DNA from: Gammaproteobacteria bacterium
GTDB lineage: Bacteria; Pseudomonadota; Gammaproteobacteria; JBBQDK01
Direction of reading: 5' to 3'
Assembly: GCA_038319625.1 (NCBI GenBank)
Contig: JBBQDK010000001.1
Coordinates: 1 to 62,686 of the forward strand
DNA: 62,686 nt
Positions within the stretch are counted from its first letter, which is position 1; every line of letters starts with the position of its first letter. The notes beneath the pieces were generated by a model. That model was given only the letters and a program-made list of their open reading frames with translations. It had not been told where the DNA came from and searched no databases. The position numbers and the translations under genes are program-made. Shown in pieces: positions 1 to 8,862 of the stretch.

Positions 1-118
1 ATTCTACAATGACTAGGTTCTTTCTAATAAATGTATTACTGATGATCCAAGATGATAGTGGCGATAGAAGATATCTTCACAACACTGACGCCGACAGTGA
101 CGATAGACTCGCGGCAGG

Positions 119-601
119 CTAATGCAGACTCCCAGTGACACCTTCGAAGACCAGGTCTTCCATGGACGCGTAGGCCGCCTCCTGGCCGGGCAGATTGAAC
201 AACACCATTAAAATGATCCATTTGAGTTGTTCAAGGTCAATCTCTTCGGTATCCAGAGCCATGACCCGATCGATGACCAACTCGCGGTTGGTAGCATCGA
301 GGATACCGCACTGCTCCAGAAACAACACGAAGCCACGGCATTCCACATCGAGCTTTTCGACTTCCATCGGCGTGTACAGGCGCAGGGAGTTCGGGGCCGC
401 CTGAGTGCTGCCGATGACGGATTGATGGCGCTCCGTGAGCCCTTCGAGCCAGGTGAAGGCCTTGTTGATCTCACTCCTGGGAAATCCCGCTTCCAACAAC
501 TCAACCTTCAACGATTCCGGATCGGGCTCCCGCTCGACATCTTTATCCATATAGTTTTCAAATAGATACATTAACACGTCGAGTACATTTTCTTTCATCA
601 T
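119..601 (-). CDS. smg: Smg protein (DUF494 family)
   Basis: The translation MMKENVLDVLMYLFENYMD... is typical of the Smg N-terminus. The gene sits immediately downstream of dprA, as in many Proteobacteria. I placed the start at the MM pair (601/598) rather than the ORF-track start at 652. Confidence 0.8.
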   Translation of the reverse strand: MMKENVLDVLMYLFENYMDKDVEREPDPESLKVELLEAGFPRSEINKAFTWLEGLTERHQSVIGSTQAAPNSLRLYTPMEVEKLDVECRGFVLFLEQCGILDATNRELVIDRVMALDTEEIDLEQLKWIILMVLFNLPGQEAAYASMEDLVFEGVTGSLH

Positions 602-605
602 GGCC

Positions 606-1727
606 TCACTTTTCGGCACGCGCATAGCGCCCACCCACCGCAGCAACGACATAACCCTGCAGCTCCATAATAAGGAGCATGGAGGAAACCGCTTCCGGCG
701 TCAATCCGCTCCGTTCGACCAATTGGTCGATCGAAAGAGGTACAAAATCCATACAATCAAGCAGTTTTCGGTATTCCGGGTCCTCGTGCGGGGACGCCAA
801 CGGGCGAGATTCCGACACGAGAGGGGCGTTAGCTTCCGCATTGAAACCGGCCAGCGCGCCCAACTCCTCGATGATGTCGGTCGCGGTTTCTACCAGCTTG
901 GCGCCTTGTCTGATCAAGGCGTGACAGCCGCGTGCCAGTGGATTGTGTATCGACCCGGGTATGGCGAACACCTCGCGCCCCTGCTCCACGGCGTGCCGCG
1001 CGGTAATCAGCGAGCCGGAGCGCAACGCAGCCTCCACCACCAGGGTTCCCAGACTGAGCGCACTAATGAGCCGATTGCGGCGCGGGAAATTTTCCGGCAG
1101 CGGCGGGGTACCTGGTGGAAATTCGCTGACCAAAGCACCGTGCGCCACGATGGTGTGGGCCAAGTCTCTGTGGCTGGCAGGATACACGCGGTCCAGCCCG
1201 GTACCCGCCACCGCAATCGTCAGTCCCTGTGCCGCCAGCGCACCGCGATGGCAGGCGGCATCGATGCCCAGCGCCAGACCGCTGGTGATGGTCAGGCCGA
1301 CATGCGCCAGGTGCGCGGCGAAATCATGCGCTGTCTGCGCCCCACCCGGTGTGGGATTGCGGCTGCCAACCATGGCGAGCTGCGGCGTTGCCAGCACGGT
1401 CGGCGCACCGCGCACAAAAAGCACTGGCGGGGCATCGGTGATTTCCCGCAGCAACGGTGGATAGCGGGGGTCATGCAGGGTCAGCGCATGATTCTCGGGG
1501 TGCCTGAGCCAGTCGAGATCGCGTTCCAGTTCCGGCCATTGCCCGGCAGTCAGATATTCAAGCGCGGCCGCCTCCAGGCCCAAGGCCGCGAGCTCGACAC
1601 GGCCGGCGCCGCGCACGGCCTGCGGATCGGGAAAATGCTGCAGGAGTTCGGCAAAGCGGCGCGGGCCCACGCCCGGCGTATGCAGCAGGATCAACCAATC
1701 TGAAAGAGTGTCTGCGATTACGTCCAT
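606..1727 (-). CDS. dprA: DNA-processing protein DprA (Smf)
   Basis: This is a 373-aa ORF with a DprA-like Rossmann core (GSRNPTPGG, GLALGIDAACHRGAL, VVEAALRSGSLITAR). It shows the conserved lysM-dprA-smg synteny opposite def-fmt. Confidence 0.9.
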   Translation of the reverse strand: MDVIADTLSDWLILLHTPGVGPRRFAELLQHFPDPQAVRGAGRVELAALGLEAAALEYLTAGQWPELERDLDWLRHPENHALTLHDPRYPPLLREITDAPPVLFVRGAPTVLATPQLAMVGSRNPTPGGAQTAHDFAAHLAHVGLTITSGLALGIDAACHRGALAAQGLTIAVAGTGLDRVYPASHRDLAHTIVAHGALVSEFPPGTPPLPENFPRRNRLISALSLGTLVVEAALRSGSLITARHAVEQGREVFAIPGSIHNPLARGCHALIRQGAKLVETATDIIEELGALAGFNAEANAPLVSESRPLASPHEDPEYRKLLDCMDFVPLSIDQLVERSGLTPEAVSSMLLIMELQGYVVAAVGGRYARAEK

Positions 1728-1740
1728 GTTTCTGCCACGG

Positions 1741-1818
1741 TAACGAGTGACGGGTAGCGAGGAATCCTTTCAGCGGGAGTAACGTCCTGTTACTCGCCAC
1801 TCGCTACCCGCTACTGAA
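1741..1818. repeat. Inverted arrays of 7-nt repeats (ACGAGTG ACGGGTA GCGAGGA / TACTCGC CACTCGC TACCCGC TACTGAA), copy 1 of a short repeat family
   Basis: Read directly from the sequence. 1751-1761 cgggtagcgag pairs perfectly with 1800-1810 ctcgctacccg. An inner hairpin pairs gagtaac (1777-1783) with gttactc (1789-1795). The 18-mer at 1790-1807 recurs as a reverse complement at 28910-28927. Confidence 0.6.
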
Positions 1819-1821
1819 ATT

Positions 1822-2901
1822 TCAGGGACTGTCCACCTTGTCCAGGACATGAATGGCGCGAGTAGCGTTCATGACCAGGGCATAGCTGACACGATCGAAG
1901 GTACGAAACACCATTAGAATGCCGGCACGCTCATCGGGCAGCTTCACAGTGCCGTGGTCGCTGCTGACTGTATCGGTGACGGTGGCGCCTACCTGGGAGA
2001 TGGCCAGCACATGGCCAACCTCCATCCCGTCGCGCGCGCCGCGATTCAATACCACGACCTGATGCTGACCGATCTGGCTGACGCCATCGACCACGGCAAT
2101 GATGTGACCGTGCATGGAAGCCGGTGCGTGCGGCAGGAAATTACGCTGTATTTCATCGGTGTCGACCGGGAACAACCGATCGCCGATCTTCGCCTCGCGG
2201 GTAGTGCGCACCAGCTTCAAGGTGGACGGATCGCCAAAACGCTGCAGATTGGCATCGCCTATATACAACGCCTCGACGCCCAAGTCCTCGTGTGTGACCG
2301 GATCGCGATAGACCTGGCCCGGACGATAGACACTATAACGCGTGGTTGCGGCAGACGGCAGACGGCGGACATAAATGCGGTCGCCGGCGCCTGTGATCAG
2401 GTGCTCATCGGCGCTCTCCACAATATACGGCGCAGTGTCGAGTTGCTGCTGGGTAACCACGCGCGAATGATTGAGAAACTGTTGTATAGCATCGATGGGG
2501 ATGGTCGGGATGGCTGCGTCGAGCGGTGTGCTGCGCACCCGCGGGCTGAGTTTCTCAGTACCACCACGACGCAGGCGCAATTGCGGGCGACCGTCGACGT
2601 AAACCAGACTGATCACATCGCCGGGATAGATCAGGTGCGGGTTCGCAATCTGCGGATTGGCATACCACACTTCCGGCCACAGCCAGGGCTTACTGAGAAA
2701 ACGCGCCGAGATGTCCCAGAGCGTATCGCCCTTGACCACCGTGTATTCATCCGGATGTGAAGGATTGAGTGAGACACTGCTGCTGGAACTGGCAGTTTGG
2801 GCCTCGGCCAGCACGCTGCCTGCAGCGATCGATCCGGTGACAAGCAGTGCTGAAAGCAGCAAGGGCAACATTCCTGACGGTTTGGCAGTCATCGTAGACA
2901 T
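1822..2901 (-). CDS. LysM-domain peptidoglycan-binding protein (exported)
   Basis: It has a signal peptide and the LysM motif YTVVKGDTLWDISARFL...YPGDVISL. Its position between def and dprA is conserved. Confidence 0.8.
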   Translation of the reverse strand: MSTMTAKPSGMLPLLLSALLVTGSIAAGSVLAEAQTASSSSSVSLNPSHPDEYTVVKGDTLWDISARFLSKPWLWPEVWYANPQIANPHLIYPGDVISLVYVDGRPQLRLRRGGTEKLSPRVRSTPLDAAIPTIPIDAIQQFLNHSRVVTQQQLDTAPYIVESADEHLITGAGDRIYVRRLPSAATTRYSVYRPGQVYRDPVTHEDLGVEALYIGDANLQRFGDPSTLKLVRTTREAKIGDRLFPVDTDEIQRNFLPHAPASMHGHIIAVVDGVSQIGQHQVVVLNRGARDGMEVGHVLAISQVGATVTDTVSSDHGTVKLPDERAGILMVFRTFDRVSYALVMNATRAIHVLDKVDSP

Positions 2902-3041
2902 CCCTTATGTTTGGAGATTGCGCGGAGTTTATCCGAAAAACACCGGAGTACAAAGGGTAGCGTGTCCGGGGTGGCATCCAGTATCATCTTAAGTACGCAA
3001 GATTAGTACCCCGACGCCGGGGATTCTATGACGGACTTCAC

Positions 3042-3581
3042 ATGGCCATCCTTAATATCCTGCATTTTCCCGACCCGCGCCTGCGCAACAAAGCCGAACC
3101 CGTGGCGCAAGTGGATGATGCACTGCGCGCACTGGTCGACGACATGTTCGAGACCATGTATGCCGCCCCCGGCATCGGCCTGGCCGCCACACAGGTGAAT
3201 ATCGCCCGGCGCCTAGTGGTCATCGACGTGACCGGGGAAAGAACCCAGCCGCTGTGCTTCATCAATCCCGAGATCATCGGCCGGGACGGCGAAGAGGAAA
3301 TGGAGGAAGGCTGCCTGTCAGTACCCGGTTATTACGACGTGGTGCGCCGCGCCGAGCGCGTCAAGGTAAGGGCCCTGGACCGCAACGGCCACCCCTTCGA
3401 AATCGACACCGACGGTCTGCTCGCGGTTTGTATCCAGCACGAGGTCGACCACCTTGACGGCAAGCTGTTCGTCGATTACCTGTCCGAGCTGAAACGCCAG
3501 CGGCTGCGCAAGAAGATCGAAAAACATACCGAAGCGGAGGCACCGACCACCGCCTCGACGCCTCACCACACGGTCATCTGA
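3042..3581 (+). CDS. def: Peptide deformylase
   Basis: The Def motifs [17 protein letters not shown] and HEVDHLDG are all present. Confidence 0.95.
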   Translation: MAILNILHFPDPRLRNKAEPVAQVDDALRALVDDMFETMYAAPGIGLAATQVNIARRLVVIDVTGERTQPLCFINPEIIGRDGEEEMEEGCLSVPGYYDVVRRAERVKVRALDRNGHPFEIDTDGLLAVCIQHEVDHLDGKLFVDYLSELKRQRLRKKIEKHTEAEAPTTASTPHHTVI

Positions 3582-3810
3582 ACCCATTCGATACGGCCGG
3601 GGTCTGTATCGGCGGTGCCGGGTGGGGCACGGACTCCGCCAGTCCACAAACACACCGAATTTCACAGCGACATGGCACTTTGCAGGGGCTGACCATGGAC
3701 CCGCCTGTTGTGAGCGTTGGCCATGACGTTCATTCGCGTTCATTTGCGACTAACATAGTCAACCCGATGCCCAGCACCCGACAGCCAGACCATCACCACG
3801 GACCCTTACG

Positions 3811-4746
3811 ATGAAGATCGTTTATGCCGGCACGCCGGATTTCGCCGTCCCGGCGCTCGAGGCCCTGATCGCGTCGACTCACACCGTGATCGCAGTTTAC
3901 ACCCAGCCGGATCGTCCGGCGGGGCGGGGCCGCAAGCTGCAGGCCAGTCCGGTGAAGCAATCTGCGCTGACGCACGGTATCCCCGTCTACCAGCCTGACA
4001 GCCTCAAGACGCCCGAGAGCCAACAGCAACTGGTGGGACTGCGACCCGAGCTGATAGTGGTGGCGGCCTACGGTCTGTTATTGCCGGGAGCGGTACTGAC
4101 ACTGCCGCGCCACGGCTGCCTCAACATCCATGCCTCGCTGCTGCCGCGCTGGCGCGGTGCCGCGCCCATTCAGCGCGCACTGCTCGCCGGCGATCGCGAG
4201 ACCGGCATCACTATCATGCAGATGAATGTCGGTCTCGACACCGGCGCGATGCTTCTGAAGCGGACCTGCCCCATCGATGCCGACGACAACGCCCAAACCC
4301 TGCATGACAGGCTCGCGCCGCTTGGTGCGCAGGCCTTGCTGGAAACACTGGAACAGCTGGAAGCTGGCAAATTACGTGTCGAACCGCAGGACGATACACA
4401 GGCCTGCTACGCCAAAAAACTGCTCAAAAACGAAGCCCTGCTCGACTGGCAGGCCGATGCCGAACTCCTGCAGCGGCAGGTACGCGCCTTCAACCCCTGG
4501 CCGGTGGCGCAGACTCTTTATAAAGAGGCAGCACTGCGCATCTTCGCCGCACAGGCATTGCCCGATGCCGACCCTGCCGCCCCGGGGCTGGTGCTGCGGG
4601 CGCAGCGCGAGGGTATCGATGTGGCTGCCGGCAAAGGCGTGTTGCGCATCACGCAACTGCAATTGCCCGGTGGGCGCGTCATGAGCGCCGCTGACTTTAT
4701 TCATGCGCACGCCCTGACAGGCGAGCGCCTCGGCGGTTCCTCATAA
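3811..4746 (+). CDS. fmt: Methionyl-tRNA formyltransferase
   Basis: The N-terminus MKIVYAGTPDFAVPAL and the motifs HASLLPRWRGAAPIQ match Fmt, and the gene follows def. Confidence 0.95.
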   Translation: MKIVYAGTPDFAVPALEALIASTHTVIAVYTQPDRPAGRGRKLQASPVKQSALTHGIPVYQPDSLKTPESQQQLVGLRPELIVVAAYGLLLPGAVLTLPRHGCLNIHASLLPRWRGAAPIQRALLAGDRETGITIMQMNVGLDTGAMLLKRTCPIDADDNAQTLHDRLAPLGAQALLETLEQLEAGKLRVEPQDDTQACYAKKLLKNEALLDWQADAELLQRQVRAFNPWPVAQTLYKEAALRIFAAQALPDADPAAPGLVLRAQREGIDVAAGKGVLRITQLQLPGGRVMSAADFIHAHALTGERLGGSS

Positions 4747-4835
4747 ACGCCCGCAGCACCGCTGCCGGCATTCTCTGCGCCGTCACCGGTGATGGCCAAT
4801 CACTCAGTGCGGCACTGCCCGGACCACTCGCCGCG

Positions 4836-6035
4836 TTGCCGCACAGCGAGCGCGCACTCACACAGGAATTGAGTTACGGCGTCCTGCGCTATTACCCGCG
4901 CCTCGCCTATCTGGCCACACGCCTGCTGAACAAACCGCTCAAGCGCAAAGACCTGGATGTGCAGCAGCTGATTCTGATCGGCCTCTACCAGCTTATCTAC
5001 CTCAAGGTCCCGGCGCATGCCGCCGTGGCTGAAACCGTGGCTGCGACACGCCTGCTCGGCAAGGACTGGGCGGCGGGACTGGTGAACGCATTGCTGCGCG
5101 GTTTTCAGCGCGGCGCGGCGCAACTGCTGGCAATGGCAGATGCCGATCCCGTAGCGCGCTATGCCCATCCACATTGGTGGCTGACACAACTGCAAGACGA
5201 TTGGCCGGCACACTGGCAAGACATCCTCGATGCCAACAATCAACGTCCGCCCATGACCCTGCGCGTCAATGTCCGACGCGGCAGTCGCGACGATTATGCG
5301 GCACTGTTGCAAGCAACCGGCAGCTTCGCGCACCCGACGCCACTGGCGCCGCAGGCACTGACCCTGGAAAAGCCGGTAGATGTGGCACAACTGCCAGGCT
5401 TTGGAGACGGCGTGGTTTCGGTGCAGGATACCGCGGCGCAACTCGCGGCACCCTTGCTGGATCTCGCCCCCGGTCAACGCGTATTGGATGCCTGTTCCGC
5501 ACCGGGCGGCAAGACCGCGCATCTACTGGAAAGTGAACCGCTCCTGAAGGTGCAGGCACTGGACAGCGATGCGCACCGCCTGACCCGTGTGGCAGACACT
5601 CTGGATCGGCTGCAGCTTGCGGCCGAGTTGTGCCACGGCGATGCCGCCAACCCGCAGGACTGGTGGGACGGCAAGCCCTTCGATCGCATCCTGCTCGATG
5701 CACCGTGTTCGGGCAGCGGCGTGATCCGCCGCCATCCCGATATCAAACTGCTGCGCACAGCACAGGACATTGTCACCCTGGCACAGCAGCAGCGCCGCCT
5801 GCTGGATGCCCTGTGGCCCTTGTTGGCGCAGGGCGGTATCCTGTTGTATGCCACCTGCTCGGTACTGATGGCTGAGAATCAGCATAACCTGGCACGGTTT
5901 CTCGTGACCCATGCCGATGCACGCGAACAACCGATCGAGACGGACTGGGGTCATGCACAAACGCCGGGGCGACAATTGCTCCCCGGAGAACATGGCAGTG
6001 ATGGCTTTTACTATGCACGCCTTTTGAAGTATTGA
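4836..6035 (+). CDS. rsmB: 16S rRNA (cytosine967-C5)-methyltransferase RsmB; true N-terminus probably starts near 4743
   Basis: It has a NusB-like N-terminal region and the SAM-MTase motifs DACSAPGGKT, DAPCSGSG and TCS. RsmB-like sequence (NARSTAAGILCAVTGDGQSLSAALP) continues in frame upstream to 4746. No ATG, GTG or TTG lies between the upstream stop (4692-4694) and the TTG at 4836. Confidence 0.85.
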   Translation: MPHSERALTQELSYGVLRYYPRLAYLATRLLNKPLKRKDLDVQQLILIGLYQLIYLKVPAHAAVAETVAATRLLGKDWAAGLVNALLRGFQRGAAQLLAMADADPVARYAHPHWWLTQLQDDWPAHWQDILDANNQRPPMTLRVNVRRGSRDDYAALLQATGSFAHPTPLAPQALTLEKPVDVAQLPGFGDGVVSVQDTAAQLAAPLLDLAPGQRVLDACSAPGGKTAHLLESEPLLKVQALDSDAHRLTRVADTLDRLQLAAELCHGDAANPQDWWDGKPFDRILLDAPCSGSGVIRRHPDIKLLRTAQDIVTLAQQQRRLLDALWPLLAQGGILLYATCSVLMAENQHNLARFLVTHADAREQPIETDWGHAQTPGRQLLPGEHGSDGFYYARLLKY

Positions 6036-6085
6036 CGGATACCGCACCGGTGGCGAGAACCCGCACACAACGACATACACCACAG

Positions 6086-6643
6086 ATGCGACTGCTGACG
6101 CTGTGCTGCCTGCTGTTCTGCCTGAGTCTCCCGGCCCGCGCCGAGGATCCGGCGCCCGGCTTCCATGTGCGCGAGGCGCGCAGCTGGCTGGTCGATGACG
6201 TCTATCAGTTGCGGGCACGCATCGACTATGTCCTGAGCACGCAGGTCAGTGATGCGCTCAACAACGGCCTGCCGTTGGTGATCGAGTTGCAGGTGGAAGT
6301 GGTGCACGATTACTTCGGTGTCTGGGACCAGTCGGTTGCCACACTCACCCAGAAGTACCAGCTGCAATACCACGCCCTGTCGCGTCAATACCTGCTGCGC
6401 AACCTCAACAGCACCGCGCAACGCAGCTACCCGACCGAACAGGCTGCGCTCGATGCACTAGGCGACATCGACGCCCTGCCCATGCTGGACCGCCGCCTGC
6501 TCAGCAACGGCGTGCAATATGACGGCAAGCTGCGCGCCAGCCTCGATATTGAATCATTACCCACGCCATTGCGCCTGGTGGCCTATTTCGACTCGGACTG
6601 GCACCTTTCCAGCGAGTGGTACCGATGGTCAATACAGCAGTGA
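6086..6643 (+). CDS. DUF4390-domain exported protein
   Basis: It has a signal peptide (MRLLTLCCLLFCLSLPARA). Its family-typical position is between rsmB and the NtrY-like kinase. I moved the start to the ATG at 6086. Confidence 0.7.
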   Translation: MRLLTLCCLLFCLSLPARAEDPAPGFHVREARSWLVDDVYQLRARIDYVLSTQVSDALNNGLPLVIELQVEVVHDYFGVWDQSVATLTQKYQLQYHALSRQYLLRNLNSTAQRSYPTEQAALDALGDIDALPMLDRRLLSNGVQYDGKLRASLDIESLPTPLRLVAYFDSDWHLSSEWYRWSIQQ

Positions 6644-8862
6644 AGCGCTTCCTCACTCGCGGACTACCCGTCATCGGTTTGTTCGCGCTGCTACTTACCG
6701 CGCTACACCTGCTCAGCAAGTCCACCACCAATACCGCTCACATCGGAGGCAGTTACTCCCTGTTATTGGTGATCAACGGCATCGGCCTGATGATCCTGGC
6801 AGTGCTGATCCTCGCTCACCTGTTTCGCCTGATCGGCCAATACCGCCGCGGCATCGCCGGTTCGCGGCTGACCGTGCGACTGGTGATGATGTTCGTGCTG
6901 CTGGCCTTCGCGCCCATGGCGGTAGTGTATTACTACTCGTTGCAGTTTCTGCACCGTGGCATCGACAGCTGGTTCGACGTCAATGTCGAGCAGGCCCTGG
7001 ACGACGCCCTCGATCTGAGCCGCTCGTCGCTGGACCTGCGCATGCGCGAACTGCTACGCGACACGCAGCAGATGGCCAGCGAGCTGAGCGGTGTACGCGA
7101 CAGTCTGGCGGTGCTCAGCATCAACGACATGCGCATCAAGAGCGGCGCCACTGAAGTCGCCATGTTCGCGCAAAACGGTCACATCATCGCGGCCAGCAGC
7201 GTCGATCCCACCAAGATCGTGCCCGAACGCCCTACCACCGCCGCGCTCATACAACTGCGTCAGGGCCACACCTATGTCGGCATTGATCCGCCGCGTGACA
7301 ACGGCCTGTTCATCCGCGCCGTGGTGTGGATACCCGCCGGCACAGCGCAAAGCGATGTGCGTATTCTGCAGGCACTGTTTCCTCTGCCCGGGCGCCTCAG
7401 CGACCAGGCCAACAGTGTGCAGGCTGCCTTCGCGCGCTACCACGAACTGACCTACCTGCGAAAATCACTCAAGCTCAGCTTCACCCTGACCCTGACCCTG
7501 GTGCTGGCCGCCAGCCTGATGGCGGCGGTATGGGCGGCATTCTTTTCCGCGCGCCGTCTCGCCGAACCGATCCGCATCCTGGCGGAAGGCACGCGTGCCG
7601 TCGCCGAGGGCGATTACAGCCGTCGCCTGCCGCTCACCAGCCATGACGACATGGGTTTTCTGGTACGTTCCTTCAATGACATGACGCGGCGCATCGCACT
7701 GACCCGTGATCAGGCGACGCGCAGTCAACATCAAGTGGAGCGCCAGCGCACCTACCTGGAAGCCGTACTGGAACGCCTTTCCTCCGGCGTGATCACGCTC
7801 GACGCCGATTACAGCCTGCACACGGTCAACGCCGCAGCAACCCTGATTCTCGGTTTGGAACCCGGCGACTATGCCGGCAATCACTTGCCGGCGATGGTCA
7901 GGAGCTATCCGCATCTGGAACAGTTCTGCGGCGTGATCGGCGCGCACCTGGAGGCCGGACATCCGGAATGGCGCGAAGAGATCACCGTGTTCACCAGCGG
8001 CGGCCGTCAGGTGCTGATGCTGCGCGGCGCGCGCCTGCCGGCGGGCAGCGGCGACCAACCCGGTGGTTACGTGATCGTCTTCGATGACGTCACTGCATTG
8101 ATCCAGGCACAGCGCGATGCCGCATGGGGCGAGGTGGCGCGACGTCTCGCCCACGAGATAAAGAATCCGCTGACGCCCATCCAGCTATCCGCCGAGCGCC
8201 TGCGCCACAAATATCTCAAACTGATGAGCCCGAGCGAGGGTCAGGTGCTGGACAACGCCACGCACACCATCGTGCAGCAAGTCGAGGCCATGAAGACCAT
8301 GGTCAACGCCTTCAGCGAATACGCACGCGCCCCGCAGGTGCAGCAGCAATCGTTACAACTCAATCGCCTGATCAGTGAAGTGCTGGACCTGTATCGAGGC
8401 CATGAAGACTGGCTCGACCTGCATCTGCAGCTCGACCCGCAGGCGCCGCCGGTTGCCGCTGACCCCGGCCGCCTGCGTCAATTGCTGCACAATCTCATGA
8501 AAAACACCCTGGAAGCACTCAACAACGCGCCCGGGTCGAGGATCGATATCGTCACCCGGTACATCGACGATCCCAACCTGCTCTGCGTGGAGTTTTCCAT
8601 CAGCGATAACGGCCCCGGCTTTGCCGATTCCATCTTCGGTCAACTGTTCGAGCCCTATGTGACTACCAAGCCGCGTGGAACCGGGCTAGGATTAGCCATA
8701 GTGAAAAAGATCGTCGAAGAACACAATGGCATGATCGCGGCGGAGAACCTCGCTCAAGGCGGCGCGCGCGTCGTAATCCGCCTGCCCTTGCCCATAGCTG
8801 TAGATGCCACACCTGACCAAGTCGCGCAACCAGCGGCCGGCACGAGACCCGGATCAATATGA
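6616..8862 (+). CDS. NtrY-like membrane sensor histidine kinase (TM-HAMP-PAS-HisKA-HATPase)
   Basis: It has N-terminal TM segments, an H-box (LAHEIKNPLTPIQLSAERL), and N/G boxes (HNLMKNTLEA, DNGPGF, GTGLGLAIVKKIV). Confidence 0.85.
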   Translation: MVPMVNTAVKRFLTRGLPVIGLFALLLTALHLLSKSTTNTAHIGGSYSLLLVINGIGLMILAVLILAHLFRLIGQYRRGIAGSRLTVRLVMMFVLLAFAPMAVVYYYSLQFLHRGIDSWFDVNVEQALDDALDLSRSSLDLRMRELLRDTQQMASELSGVRDSLAVLSINDMRIKSGATEVAMFAQNGHIIAASSVDPTKIVPERPTTAALIQLRQGHTYVGIDPPRDNGLFIRAVVWIPAGTAQSDVRILQALFPLPGRLSDQANSVQAAFARYHELTYLRKSLKLSFTLTLTLVLAASLMAAVWAAFFSARRLAEPIRILAEGTRAVAEGDYSRRLPLTSHDDMGFLVRSFNDMTRRIALTRDQATRSQHQVERQRTYLEAVLERLSSGVITLDADYSLHTVNAAATLILGLEPGDYAGNHLPAMVRSYPHLEQFCGVIGAHLEAGHPEWREEITVFTSGGRQVLMLRGARLPAGSGDQPGGYVIVFDDVTALIQAQRDAAWGEVARRLAHEIKNPLTPIQLSAERLRHKYLKLMSPSEGQVLDNATHTIVQQVEAMKTMVNAFSEYARAPQVQQQSLQLNRLISEVLDLYRGHEDWLDLHLQLDPQAPPVAADPGRLRQLLHNLMKNTLEALNNAPGSRIDIVTRYIDDPNLLCVEFSISDNGPGFADSIFGQLFEPYVTTKPRGTGLGLAIVKKIVEEHNGMIAAENLAQGGARVVIRLPLPIAVDATPDQVAQPAAGTRPGSI

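Noticed and set aside
600-1703. A 367-aa plus-strand ORF antisense to dprA.
   Set aside because: It lies entirely inside the well-supported dprA gene. Its Arg/Gly/Ala-rich, low-complexity translation is typical of antisense ORFs in high-GC DNA, and it has no recognisable motifs.
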